Assembly: GCA_021323855.1 (NCBI GenBank)
Contig: JAJPKE010000005.1
Span: forward strand, 137,346-201,345
DNA length: 64,000 nt
Direction: 5' to 3'
Source: Chloroflexota bacterium
GTDB taxonomy: Bacteria > Chloroflexota > Ktedonobacteria > Ktedonobacterales > JADMIN01
Positions within the stretch are counted from its first letter, which is position 1; every line of letters starts with the position of its first letter. The position numbers and the translations under genes were made by a program. Positions 19,447 through 27,572 of this stretch are shown here, piece by piece. The notes under the pieces were generated by a model, which was not told the DNA's origin, made no database searches, and saw only the letters and a program-made list of their open reading frames with translations.

Positions 19447-19780
19447 GCAGCGCCGACGGAACCAGTAGGTTTCATGCTTGCGTCTCCAGAGAGTCCGGGG
19501 TTGGTGCGACCGGACGGCGCGCGGAAGCCGAACATCACTCCTGAGCTGTCACTCGATCTTCTCGCCGGTCGCCACCGGACCAGATATACTGGGGCACGAG
19601 AGAAGTGAGACATGACCGGACCCCGCCCGTTATCTTGCGGGGGGACATATGGCAGAACCATGTGTCCCATGAGCGGACCACACCGCGCTCACCTGTTGGA
19701 CGACTGAGCGTTGGCGTTGGTCAATTTTGGGTGGTACCACGGGATAACTCTCGCCCCTGCTGACGGGTGAGAGTTTTTTT
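19447..19780 (+). promoter_or_regulatory. T-box leader (transcription-terminating type)
   Basis: K-turn GCAGC-GCC-GA-CGGA / TCCT-GA-GCTGT. AGUA (19464-67) / GAA (19530-32) loop-E. AGAGAG bulge and distal loop GGTTGGTGCGA. F-box CCGTTA 19627-32. T-box GGGTGGTACCACGGG 19729-43. Terminator ACTCTCGCCC/GGGTGAGAGT plus T-run 19747-80. Confidence 0.85.
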
Positions 19781-19889
19781 ATGCGGTCTACAGTCTAACC
19801 CGTTCCAACTGGCCAGCCATTTCAATCGTTCCGATAGTTCCAAACATTCGTAGGCGACCGAGAAGCGCAGACGCTAAGGAGCGCAACAC

Positions 19890-20678
19890 ATGCAACCGAC
19901 ATCACACGCATCACAAGAAGTTCAGCCCAACCAGGTGAGCGTCAGCCCAACTGAACTGCTGTATCACACTGACAGCTATATCCGCACGTGCGAGGCCAAA
20001 GTCGTAGGTAGCGAAGGCAATTCGCTCGCATTGGATCGCACGATTATCTACCCCGGCGGCGGTGGGCAGCTCGCCGACCGGGGAACGCTGCTCTGGGGAT
20101 CGGAGCGCCTGCCGCTGGTTGGTGTCCACAAGCGTGGTGATGTCGTCTGGCATGAGGTTGCGCCCACCGCTGCGGGGTTGCCTGGCGTTGGCGAAAGCGT
20201 CACCTGCGAGGTGGACTGGGAGTTTCGCTATCGCATGATGCGCACGCATACCGCGTTGCACATCCTCTGCGGCAGCATCTTCCGCGATTTCGGCGCGCAG
20301 GTGACGGGCGGCCAGATGTATGAGGACCGCGCGCGTATGGACTTCTCGACCGATGTCTTTACGCCAGAGTGGGTGCATGCCGTCGAGCGCAGCATCAACG
20401 AAGCCGTCGCCGCCGATCACCCCATCAAGGTTTATACGCTGCCACGCGCCAAAGCCTTTGAGATACCCGATCTGATACGCACCAAGATCAATCTGCTGCC
20501 GCCGGAGATCAGCGAGATACGCATCGTTGAGATCGTCGGGCTGGACTTGCAGGCAGATGGCGGCACGCATGTGCATAGCACACGCGAAGTGGGCGGCATC
20601 AAGATCACTAAGACCGAGAACAAAGGCAAACAGAACAAGCGCATGGAGATCGTCCTGCTGGACGAACCTGCTAGCTAA
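19890..20678 (+). CDS. alaX: AlaX-M-like alanyl-tRNA editing protein (tRNA_SAD family)
   Basis: 262-aa ORF. N-terminal barrel LALDRTIIYPGGGGQLADRGTL, HTALHILCG (HxxxH) and ADGGTHV motifs. Confidence 0.8.
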   Translation: MQPTSHASQEVQPNQVSVSPTELLYHTDSYIRTCEAKVVGSEGNSLALDRTIIYPGGGGQLADRGTLLWGSERLPLVGVHKRGDVVWHEVAPTAAGLPGVGESVTCEVDWEFRYRMMRTHTALHILCGSIFRDFGAQVTGGQMYEDRARMDFSTDVFTPEWVHAVERSINEAVAADHPIKVYTLPRAKAFEIPDLIRTKINLLPPEISEIRIVEIVGLDLQADGGTHVHSTREVGGIKITKTENKGKQNKRMEIVLLDEPAS

Positions 20679-20682
20679 ACAC

Positions 20683-20826
20683 TCGCGGCAGTAAACTGCC
20701 GGCGCACGAGATGAGGTGTCGCGGCTTTGAAAAGCCGGCGCACGAAACGGGAAGACTGAAGTCTTGGCGGCGCGACCTGCGGAGGCTTTAGCCTGTCGTC
20801 CGTGCCCCGGCTCTTTAGAGCCGAGA
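20683..20826. repeat. Family B mini-hairpin array (copy B2) in the alaX-ileS spacer
   Basis: TCGCGGCAGTAAACTGCCGGCGCAC (identical 25-mer at 51425), CGCGGCTTTGAAAAGCCGGCGCAC, AGACTGAAGTCT, GGCTTTAGCC, GGCTCTTTAGAGCC. Confidence 0.8.
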
Positions 20827-20858
20827 TGGGGCATAGATAATCGGCGAGGATACCATAG

Positions 20859-23800
20859 ATGGCAGAGAAAACGAGAACAACGAGCAAGGCCGGTCGCGCC
20901 AGATCGAGCGGTACGAATGGTGGCAACGGCGCAAAAGCTACCACGACAACAAAGAAAGCCAGAGTTGCCGGCGCCAGTAACGGCAAAAACGGCACGAATG
21001 GGCATACCACAGCGACGAAACGCCAGCTTTTCCAGCCGGTCGTTGCGCCGACGCGCGTGGACTATCCGCTGCTGGAAGAGGGCGTGCAGCGGTGGTGGGA
21101 TGAACACGACATCCTCAACAAATACCTGCACCGCAACGATGGCGCGGAGAAACGCTGGTCATTCATAGACGGGCCGATCACCGCGAACAACCCGATGGGT
21201 GTCCATCACGCCTGGGGCCGCACCTATAAAGACCTCTTTCAGCGCTTCAACACGATGCGCGGCTACCGCCAACGGTATCAGAACGGTTTCGATTGCCAGG
21301 GGTTGTGGGTCGAGGTTGAGGTGGAGAAAGAGCTTGGCTTCCACAATAAGCGCGAGATCGAAGATTACGGCATCGGCAACTTCGTAGAACGCTGCAAAGA
21401 GCGGGTGCTGCGCTATTCCAACGTGCAGGCGGAGCAATCCATCCGGCTTGGCGAGTGGATGGACTGGTCGAACTCGTATTACACGATGTCCGACGAGAAC
21501 AACTACACCATCTGGGGCTTCCTCAAACTCTGCTGGCAGAAGGGGTGGGTTTACCGGGGCCGCGATGTGATGCCCTGGTGCCCGCGCTGCGCCACCGGCA
21601 TCTCCGATATGGAGATCAACGAGGGCCGTAAAGAGGTGACGCATACCAGCGTCTACGTGCGCTTCCCGCTGCTGGATCGCCCAAACGAATATCTGCTGGT
21701 CTGGACGACGACCCCCTGGACACTGCCGGCCAACGTCGCCGCCGCCGTCAACCCTGAACTGACCTATGCGAAGGTAGAGCAGGACGGCGACTATTACTAT
21801 CTCTCCAACGATGTCGTGCCGAAGCTGAAGAAGCTGCAAGGCCACGAACATGGCGACGCGAAGGTGGTAGCGACGCTCAAAGGCAGCGAACTGTTGGGCT
21901 GGCGCTACGCCGGTCCGTTCGACGAGTTGCCCGCCTGGACGAATACCGGGGCGGAGCATCGCGTCGTCGCCTGGGATGAGGTCAGCGCCGCCGAGGGCAC
22001 GGGCATCGTGCATCTTGCGCCGGGCTGTGGCCGCGAAGACTTCGGCCTCTCCAAAGACAACGCGCTGGTGATCCTGGCGCCGGTGGATGAGAGCGGCGTC
22101 TATGTGGAGGGTTACGAGTGGCTGAGCGGCAAGCAAGTCTCTGAGGTCGCGCGGCCAATCTTCGAGAATTTGCGGCAGAAGGGCTATTTCTACCAAACCG
22201 AGAGCTACAAGCACGTCTATCCGCATTGCTGGCGCTGCAAGACGGAACTGATCTTCCGTCTGGTGGACGAGTGGTTCATCTCGATGGGTAGCCTCGATGC
22301 GCCAGCGGACCAGGATAACCTGCGCAAGCGGCTGGTGCGCATCGTCGAAGACCCGGCGATGACGTGGATACCCGGCTTCGGGCGCGAGCGCGAACTCGAC
22401 TGGCTGCGCAACATGGAAGATTGGATGATCTCCAAGAAGCGGTACTGGGGGCTGGCGCTGCCCATCTACCCCTGCGAAGCCTGCGGCACCTTTGAGGTGA
22501 TCGGCAGCGAGACGGAGTTACGCGAGCGCGCCGTGGAGGGCTGGCAGGAGTTTGAGGGTCACACACCGCACCGTCCCTGGGTGGATGCCGTCAAAATCAA
22601 GTGTTCGCAGTGCGGCGCGGTGGTCAGCCGTGTGCCGGATGTGGGCAATCCCTGGCTGGACGCTGGCATCGTCTCGTTCTCGACGCTGCGCTATCGCAGC
22701 GACCGCGCGTACTGGCGTGAGTGGTATCCCGCTGACTTCGTGACTGAAGGCTTCGCCGGCCAGTTCCGCAACTGGTTCTACGCAATCCTGGTCATGGCGG
22801 CGGCGCTGGAGGACAGCGCACCCTTCAAGACGTTGCTAGGCTTCGGCACACTCATGGACCAGAACGGCGAGGAGTTCCATAAGAGCAAGGGCAACAGCAT
22901 CCCATTCGATGAGGCGGCGGCCATCGTCGGCGCCGATACGATGCGCTGGCTGTTCGTCAATACCATCCCAGAGCAGAATGCGCGCTTCCCACGCATCCCC
23001 AGCCATGAGGACGCCGCCAAAGCGCGCGAACAGGGCCAGCCGCCACGCCTGAACGAGCTATGGATGCAGACGCGCAGCCCGCTGGATAAGCTCTGGAACA
23101 TGTACTCGTTCTTCGTCACCTACGCCAATATAGACGACTTCAATCCGCTGACCCGCTCGCTGCCGGTGAGCAAACGCAGCGACCTCGACCGCTGGGCGCT
23201 TTCTGAGTTGCAGGAGACGGTACAGCGTGTGGAGGCGTCGCTGGCGGCGTTCGACTCACGCGGCGCGGGCGAGGCCATCGCGGCGCTGGTGGAAAATCTC
23301 TCCAACTGGTATGTACGGCGCAGCCGGCGGCGTTTCTGGAAGAGCGAGGAGGACGCCGATAAGGTGGCCGCCTATCTGACGCTCTACGAGTGTCTGGTGA
23401 CGGTGACGAAGCTGCTGGCGCCGTTGACGCCGTTCCTGGCGGAATCGCTCTACCAGAATCTGGTGCGCTCGGTGGACGAGCAGGCGCCGGAGAGCGTGCA
23501 TCTCTGCGACTGGCCGCAGGTGGACGCCACGCTGATCTCACCGCAGTTGCGCGACGAGACGGCGCTGGTGAAGCGACTGGTGAACCTGGGCCGCGCCGCG
23601 CGCGAGAAGGCGCAGATTCGCGTGCGCCAGCCGCTCTCCAGGTTGCTCGTCGGCGTGAAAACCGAGCAGGAGCGCACAGCTATGGAGCGCGCGGAGAACA
23701 AGGCGCAACTGCGCGAAGAACTGAACGTCAGAGAGGTTGAGGTGATGCCACTGGATGAGGCGGCAATCCTGACCTACACCGTGCAGCCGAAGATGCCGGT

Positions 23801-24338
23801 GCTTGGTCCCAAGCATGGCAAGCTGCTGCCGAAGGTGCTGGGCACGCTGCGCTCTGGCGATATGCAGGCGGCGGCGCGCACCCTGCGCGAGACAGGAAAA
23901 CTGACGCTCACTGTGGAGGGGCAGCCAGTCGAGTTGCTGGCGGACGAGGTGGAGATCGAGGCCGGCGCACGCGAGGGCTATGTCGCCGCCGAGGAACGCG
24001 GCTACGTGGCGGTGCTGGAAACCACACTGACGCCGGAACTGCTGGCGGAGGGGTTGGTACGCGACCTGACGCATCTGATCCAGGAGGTGCGCAAGCACGC
24101 TGGGCTGGCCATCGAAGATACGATAGACACCTGGCTCGTGCTCGACGCAAAGCTGGCTGAAATCATCCAGCCGCGCAGCGCCTATATCCGTGAGGAGACG
24201 CTGACGCGCACGCTCACCATCTTAACCGATGATGAAGCGAGCGGTCCGGAGGATGGCTATACTGAGGTGACGCAGCCGGTGCTAACAGCCGAACTTGGTG
24301 GCCGCCAGATTGTGGTGGTGACGGTGCGGAAGCGGTAG
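20859..24338 (+). CDS. ileS: Isoleucine--tRNA ligase, type 2, with basic N-terminal extension
   Basis: 1159-aa ORF. PITANNPMGVHHAWGR (HIGH-like), CP1 editing region, HKSKGNSI (KMSKS variant). First ~55 aa are K/T/G/N-rich. Confidence 0.95.
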   Translation: MAEKTRTTSKAGRARSSGTNGGNGAKATTTTKKARVAGASNGKNGTNGHTTATKRQLFQPVVAPTRVDYPLLEEGVQRWWDEHDILNKYLHRNDGAEKRWSFIDGPITANNPMGVHHAWGRTYKDLFQRFNTMRGYRQRYQNGFDCQGLWVEVEVEKELGFHNKREIEDYGIGNFVERCKERVLRYSNVQAEQSIRLGEWMDWSNSYYTMSDENNYTIWGFLKLCWQKGWVYRGRDVMPWCPRCATGISDMEINEGRKEVTHTSVYVRFPLLDRPNEYLLVWTTTPWTLPANVAAAVNPELTYAKVEQDGDYYYLSNDVVPKLKKLQGHEHGDAKVVATLKGSELLGWRYAGPFDELPAWTNTGAEHRVVAWDEVSAAEGTGIVHLAPGCGREDFGLSKDNALVILAPVDESGVYVEGYEWLSGKQVSEVARPIFENLRQKGYFYQTESYKHVYPHCWRCKTELIFRLVDEWFISMGSLDAPADQDNLRKRLVRIVEDPAMTWIPGFGRERELDWLRNMEDWMISKKRYWGLALPIYPCEACGTFEVIGSETELRERAVEGWQEFEGHTPHRPWVDAVKIKCSQCGAVVSRVPDVGNPWLDAGIVSFSTLRYRSDRAYWREWYPADFVTEGFAGQFRNWFYAILVMAAALEDSAPFKTLLGFGTLMDQNGEEFHKSKGNSIPFDEAAAIVGADTMRWLFVNTIPEQNARFPRIPSHEDAAKAREQGQPPRLNELWMQTRSPLDKLWNMYSFFVTYANIDDFNPLTRSLPVSKRSDLDRWALSELQETVQRVEASLAAFDSRGAGEAIAALVENLSNWYVRRSRRRFWKSEEDADKVAAYLTLYECLVTVTKLLAPLTPFLAESLYQNLVRSVDEQAPESVHLCDWPQVDATLISPQLRDETALVKRLVNLGRAAREKAQIRVRQPLSRLLVGVKTEQERTAMERAENKAQLREELNVREVEVMPLDEAAILTYTVQPKMPVLGPKHGKLLPKVLGTLRSGDMQAAARTLRETGKLTLTVEGQPVELLADEVEIEAGAREGYVAAEERGYVAVLETTLTPELLAEGLVRDLTHLIQEVRKHAGLAIEDTIDTWLVLDAKLAEIIQPRSAYIREETLTRTLTILTDDEASGPEDGYTEVTQPVLTAELGGRQIVVVTVRKR

Positions 24339-24450
24339 CCCCCACCCCCAGCCCCTCCCCCGTGCGCGGGAGAGGGGAGCCAGAGAGACCTCACCCCGCC
24401 CTACGGGCACCCCTCTCCCGCGAGGAGAGGGGACCGTGGGCAGTGCGGGC
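24339..24450. repeat. Family A GC-rich palindromic element (fullest copy)
   Basis: CCCCCACCCCCAGCCCCTCCCCCGTGCGCGGGAGAGGGGAGCCAGAGAGACCTCACCCC...CCCCTCTCCCGCGAGGAGAGGGG. Begins at the base after the ileS stop. Confidence 0.85.
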
Positions 24451-24517
24451 ATCCAATTGAATGCGCGTTGTGGCAAACGGGCTAGCAGTTGCCAAATTGA
24501 TGATATCAGGGGAACGT

Positions 24518-24979
24518 ATGGATGACCTTTTGCGCGACCTGCAACACACGCTCAACCATGAGATTCCCCTGACACGTCATCTCGGCCTGCGGGTCGAACA
24601 GTATCGTGATGGGCGCCTGACGCTCTGGGCGCCCATCACTACTAACCTGAACCACAAGTCAACGGCGTTCGCCGGTAGCCTGAACTCTGTGCTGACGCTC
24701 GCGGGGTGGGGGCTGGTCTGGCTGCTGCTCAAAGAGTGGGGTCTCACCGGTACGGTGGTGATCCAGGAGAGTAGCTGCCACTATCGCCGGCCCGTCAGCA
24801 ACGATTTCACCGCCAGTTGCCAGCAGCCATCCGCCGATGAGTTAGCGCGGTTCGAGGCGCAACTGCGCAGCCGTGGCAAAGCGCGGATAGAGCTAACCGT
24901 CGAGATATGCCAGGATGAACAGGTAGCCGTCACGTTTCGCGGGCGCTATGTTGTGCATCTCACCGCGAAGAGCAGCTAG
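24518..24979 (+). CDS. YiiD_C-type hot-dog thioesterase domain protein
   Basis: ATG at 24518 (MDDLLRDLQHTLNHEIPLTRHLGLRVEQY...). Overall resemblance to the putative thioesterase YiiD C-terminal family. Confidence 0.6.
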   Translation: MDDLLRDLQHTLNHEIPLTRHLGLRVEQYRDGRLTLWAPITTNLNHKSTAFAGSLNSVLTLAGWGLVWLLLKEWGLTGTVVIQESSCHYRRPVSNDFTASCQQPSADELARFEAQLRSRGKARIELTVEICQDEQVAVTFRGRYVVHLTAKSS

Positions 24980-25401
24980 GAGCCGCGTACCTTTGTTGGC
25001 CGGATGCGTAGCGCCACCGGATACTCCCTCGCCATGTTTTCTATCGAGCCTAATTCGACGATGCTCTGCGCATACTTCGCCGCGTATTCTGGTATCTCGT
25101 GAGCCAGCTTCTCGTTGGGGTTGACCTGCGCCTCGCCGGTGATGATGACGACATCATCTCCGTCATCGGTGCTATTGAAATTGAGCGAGACATGCGGGTT
25201 GCGCGCGATATGTTGCAGCCGTTTGGCGGTCGTTTGATTATAGACCAGGATGGTCTCGCCATCCCAGAGGAACCAGACGGGATTGGGTTGGGGCGTGCCA
25301 TCGGCGCCGACGGTGGTCAGCCAGATGACAGTTTCTTCGCGCAATCGCTGGGCGACGCGCTGGCCAAAAGGTGTCGTTGCATCGGGAAGAACGCTGCTCA
25401 T
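24976..25401 (-). CDS. PPOX-class (pyridoxamine 5'-phosphate oxidase-like) probable F420/FMN-binding protein
   Basis: 141-aa ORF. VIWLTTVGADGTPQPNPVWFLWDGETILVY pattern of the PPOX split-barrel family. Confidence 0.7.
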   Translation of the reverse strand: MSSVLPDATTPFGQRVAQRLREETVIWLTTVGADGTPQPNPVWFLWDGETILVYNQTTAKRLQHIARNPHVSLNFNSTDDGDDVVIITGEAQVNPNEKLAHEIPEYAAKYAQSIVELGSIENMAREYPVALRIRPTKVRGS

Positions 25402-25603
25402 GGAAGGTTATCCTGATTTCCTGCTGTGTCATGGACTGTAGCCAATCACCGGCTACTGAGGAGTTATAGCATGCGCTACGCGCAGATGCCACATGCTCCC
25501 ACCGCTGCCACATAGCATGTCCCGCATAGTGGGTTTGTATGCTGTGCTAGATAGCCCATCGTGGTGTTTTGGTTTGGTGGCGCAGACATTCCTGTCTGCG
25601 TCT

Positions 25604-26083
25604 TCAACGTCCTGGCTTGGTGGCGTTCGTCGTTTGTTCATGCTCGATGATGCGGTCCATCTCCTGCCGCATCGCTTTGATATCGGGATAGGAGCGGTAG
25701 ACGCTGGCGAAGCGGATGAAGGCGATATCGTCGAGCTTGCGCAGTCGCTCCATCACCATCTCACCGATGACGCGCGTCTCTACCTCCGCCTGTCCCAGCT
25801 TGTAGAGTTCGTTCTCGATCTCCTCGACAATCGCTTCGAGCTGGCCGACGGGAATCGGGCGCTTCTGGCAGGCGTGTTGCAATCCCTGGCTGATCTTCTC
25901 ACGCTTGAAGGGTTCGCGCCGTCCATCGCGCTTGACCACCATCAATTCGGGCAGCACCACACTCTCCACCGTGCTGAACCGCTGGAAGCAATGCTCACAG
26001 CGGCGGCGGCGGTGGATCGTGCCGCCCTGGTCGCGTGAGTCGGTCACGCGCGATTCATGGAATCCACAATACGGGCATTTCAT
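25604..26083 (-). CDS. nrdR: Transcriptional repressor NrdR
   Basis: MKCPYCGFHESRVTDSRD...RRRRCEHC zinc ribbon plus ATP-cone. Start moved to ATG 26083. The 35-aa upstream extension in the track is not NrdR-like. Confidence 0.9.
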   Translation of the reverse strand: MKCPYCGFHESRVTDSRDQGGTIHRRRRCEHCFQRFSTVESVVLPELMVVKRDGRREPFKREKISQGLQHACQKRPIPVGQLEAIVEEIENELYKLGQAEVETRVIGEMVMERLRKLDDIAFIRFASVYRSYPDIKAMRQEMDRIIEHEQTTNATKPGR

Positions 26084-26252
26084 GGGTTGGTCTGGCTCCC
26101 CATCCTCAGTTGCCAATTGGTTGTGTTGGTCGCTATCGGTTGCTGTCGAGTCAATGCCTTGCTGTGCAGTATAGCACAGCAGAGGCAAGTGAGCGCGAGG
26201 ATGTGTTGCCGCTACCAGATAGCATCTCCATCTGGCAAACCAGCAACTTCTT

Positions 26253-26290
26253 AGGGTTGTAGCTCAAGAGAAAGAGCAGTAGTTTCGTGA
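26253..26290 (+). pseudogene. tRNA 5' half (acceptor, D-arm, anticodon stem 5' strand and loop with CGT), truncated after the anticodon loop
   Basis: AGGGTTG-TA-GCTC-AAGAGAAA-GAGC-A-GTAGT-TTCGTGA. First 25 nt closely resemble tRNA-Arg at 27749. No matching 3' stem or T-arm follows. Confidence 0.5.
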
Positions 26291-26350
26291 CATGCTCCCC
26301 ATCCACAGAGAATGGGACTTCTCAGAGAACGCATGCGGCACCCCGCTACG

Positions 26351-27535
26351 TTATCCCCTGAAGGCGGTGCCCCCGCCTGAACTGTCTGAACAGGCCAACG
26401 TTGTTTTTGCTTGTTCCCGCCGGTCCTGTTCCAAACCCACCTGCAACACATTGATGGCGCCGTTGTGGTCGCGGTCCAGCACCAAGCCGCATTCAGTGCA
26501 GATGTGGGTTCTGACTGAGAGACTTTTCTGGACATACGCCCCACAGCGGCTACAGACCTGGCTGGTATAGTGTGGGGGTATCGCCATGACTCGCTTACCG
26601 GCGCATGCTGCCTTGTACTCGAGTATATGTCGGAACTGTGCCCACCCAGCGTCATTAATACTCTTCGCCAAGTGATGATTGCGCATCAAGTTGGCGACCT
26701 GCAAGTCTTCCAGATAGATCGTGTCGTATTGTCTGAGCAGTTTTAGTGCTTCTTTGTGATGAAAGTCAGCCCGTTGCCGTTTAACTTTCTGATAGTGCCT
26801 GGCGACCTGTTGCTTCACTTTTTGCCGACGTTTGCTGCCTCGCTGACAACGGGCCAATTTGCGTTGCTTCCTGCGCAGCGCCTTTTCGGCCTTTCTGAAG
26901 TAGCGAGGATTATCGCAGATCTCATTCTGGGCCGTGACATAGAATACCTTGAGTCCCACATCAATTCCAGTGACTTCGCCGGTTTTGGGCAAGGGATGAA
27001 TGGGTACGCCTTCACAGGAAAGGCAACAATACCAACCGTCCGCCTCCTTGGAGATGGTAACGGTCTTGGGGGTGCCTTCCCAGGGCCGATGTACACGGAT
27101 ACGCACGCGGCCAATCTTGGAGAGACTGAGCAAACCGCCGTCTATCACGGCTCCATTGCCATACTGCGGATAGGTAAATGAGTGATAACGCCCTTTTCCC
27201 TGGAAGCGCGGATACCCTGGTTTTTCACCTGCTTTCACCCGTGCAAAGAAGCGCTTAAATGCCATCTCCAGGCGGAGCAACACATCTTGCAGCACTTGGG
27301 AATGAACACTGGCGAGGTCAGGAAACGCTGCTTTCAAGTCGGGTAATTCGGCTTTCTGTTGAGGATATGTGGCTCCTACATTTTGGCCGCGTTGCCACCA
27401 GGTTTTGCGCTGTTCCAGAGCGATATTATAGAGTGTATGGCATTGCCACAGGATATTCTCCAGTGTCTGCGCTTGTTCAGGAGTTGGCTCTAGCCGATAT
27501 TTGTATGTCTTGTGGGTTGCTGTTTCTTTGCTCAT
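26351..27535 (-). CDS. tnpB: RNA-guided endonuclease TnpB (IS605 OrfB family)
   Basis: 394-aa ORF. N-terminal YKYRLEPTPEQ, RuvC-like GIDVG, zinc ribbon CSRCGAYV...CTECGLVLDRDHNGAINV. Confidence 0.9.
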   Translation of the reverse strand: MSKETATHKTYKYRLEPTPEQAQTLENILWQCHTLYNIALEQRKTWWQRGQNVGATYPQQKAELPDLKAAFPDLASVHSQVLQDVLLRLEMAFKRFFARVKAGEKPGYPRFQGKGRYHSFTYPQYGNGAVIDGGLLSLSKIGRVRIRVHRPWEGTPKTVTISKEADGWYCCLSCEGVPIHPLPKTGEVTGIDVGLKVFYVTAQNEICDNPRYFRKAEKALRRKQRKLARCQRGSKRRQKVKQQVARHYQKVKRQRADFHHKEALKLLRQYDTIYLEDLQVANLMRNHHLAKSINDAGWAQFRHILEYKAACAGKRVMAIPPHYTSQVCSRCGAYVQKSLSVRTHICTECGLVLDRDHNGAINVLQVGLEQDRREQAKTTLACSDSSGGGTAFRG

Positions 27536-27572
27536 ATGTTGATATTATTACTCATGAGCAAAGAAACAGCAA
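27517..27572 (-). promoter_or_regulatory. Perfect 19-bp inverted repeat covering the tnpB start codon
   Basis: 27517-27535 TTGCTGTTTCTTTGCTCAT is the exact reverse complement of 27554-27572, with an 18-nt loop. On the mRNA strand the upstream arm would pair with the ATG and the first 16 coding nt. Confidence 0.6.

Noticed and set aside
19527-19529. GCC as the specifier of the first T-box, by analogy with GAAGCC in the second leader.
   Set aside because: In my fold GAAGCC pairs with GGTTTC directly above the AGUA/GAA loop-E, so GCC is not exposed. This is kept as an alternative pending a covariance-model alignment.
20683-20826. Family B hairpin arrays as possible CRISPR arrays.
   Set aside because: The units are short, heterogeneous palindromes with irregular spacing. 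There is no constant repeat with unique spacers of 25-40 nt, and no cas genes are in the window.
26162-26179. Palindrome CTGTGC-AGTATA-GCACAG upstream of nrdR as an NrdR box.
   Set aside because: It does not match the acaCwAtATaTwGtgt consensus (the arms are TGTG...CACA-type, not ACAC...GTGT). It may simply be a hairpin, since a longer 12-bp stem is possible.
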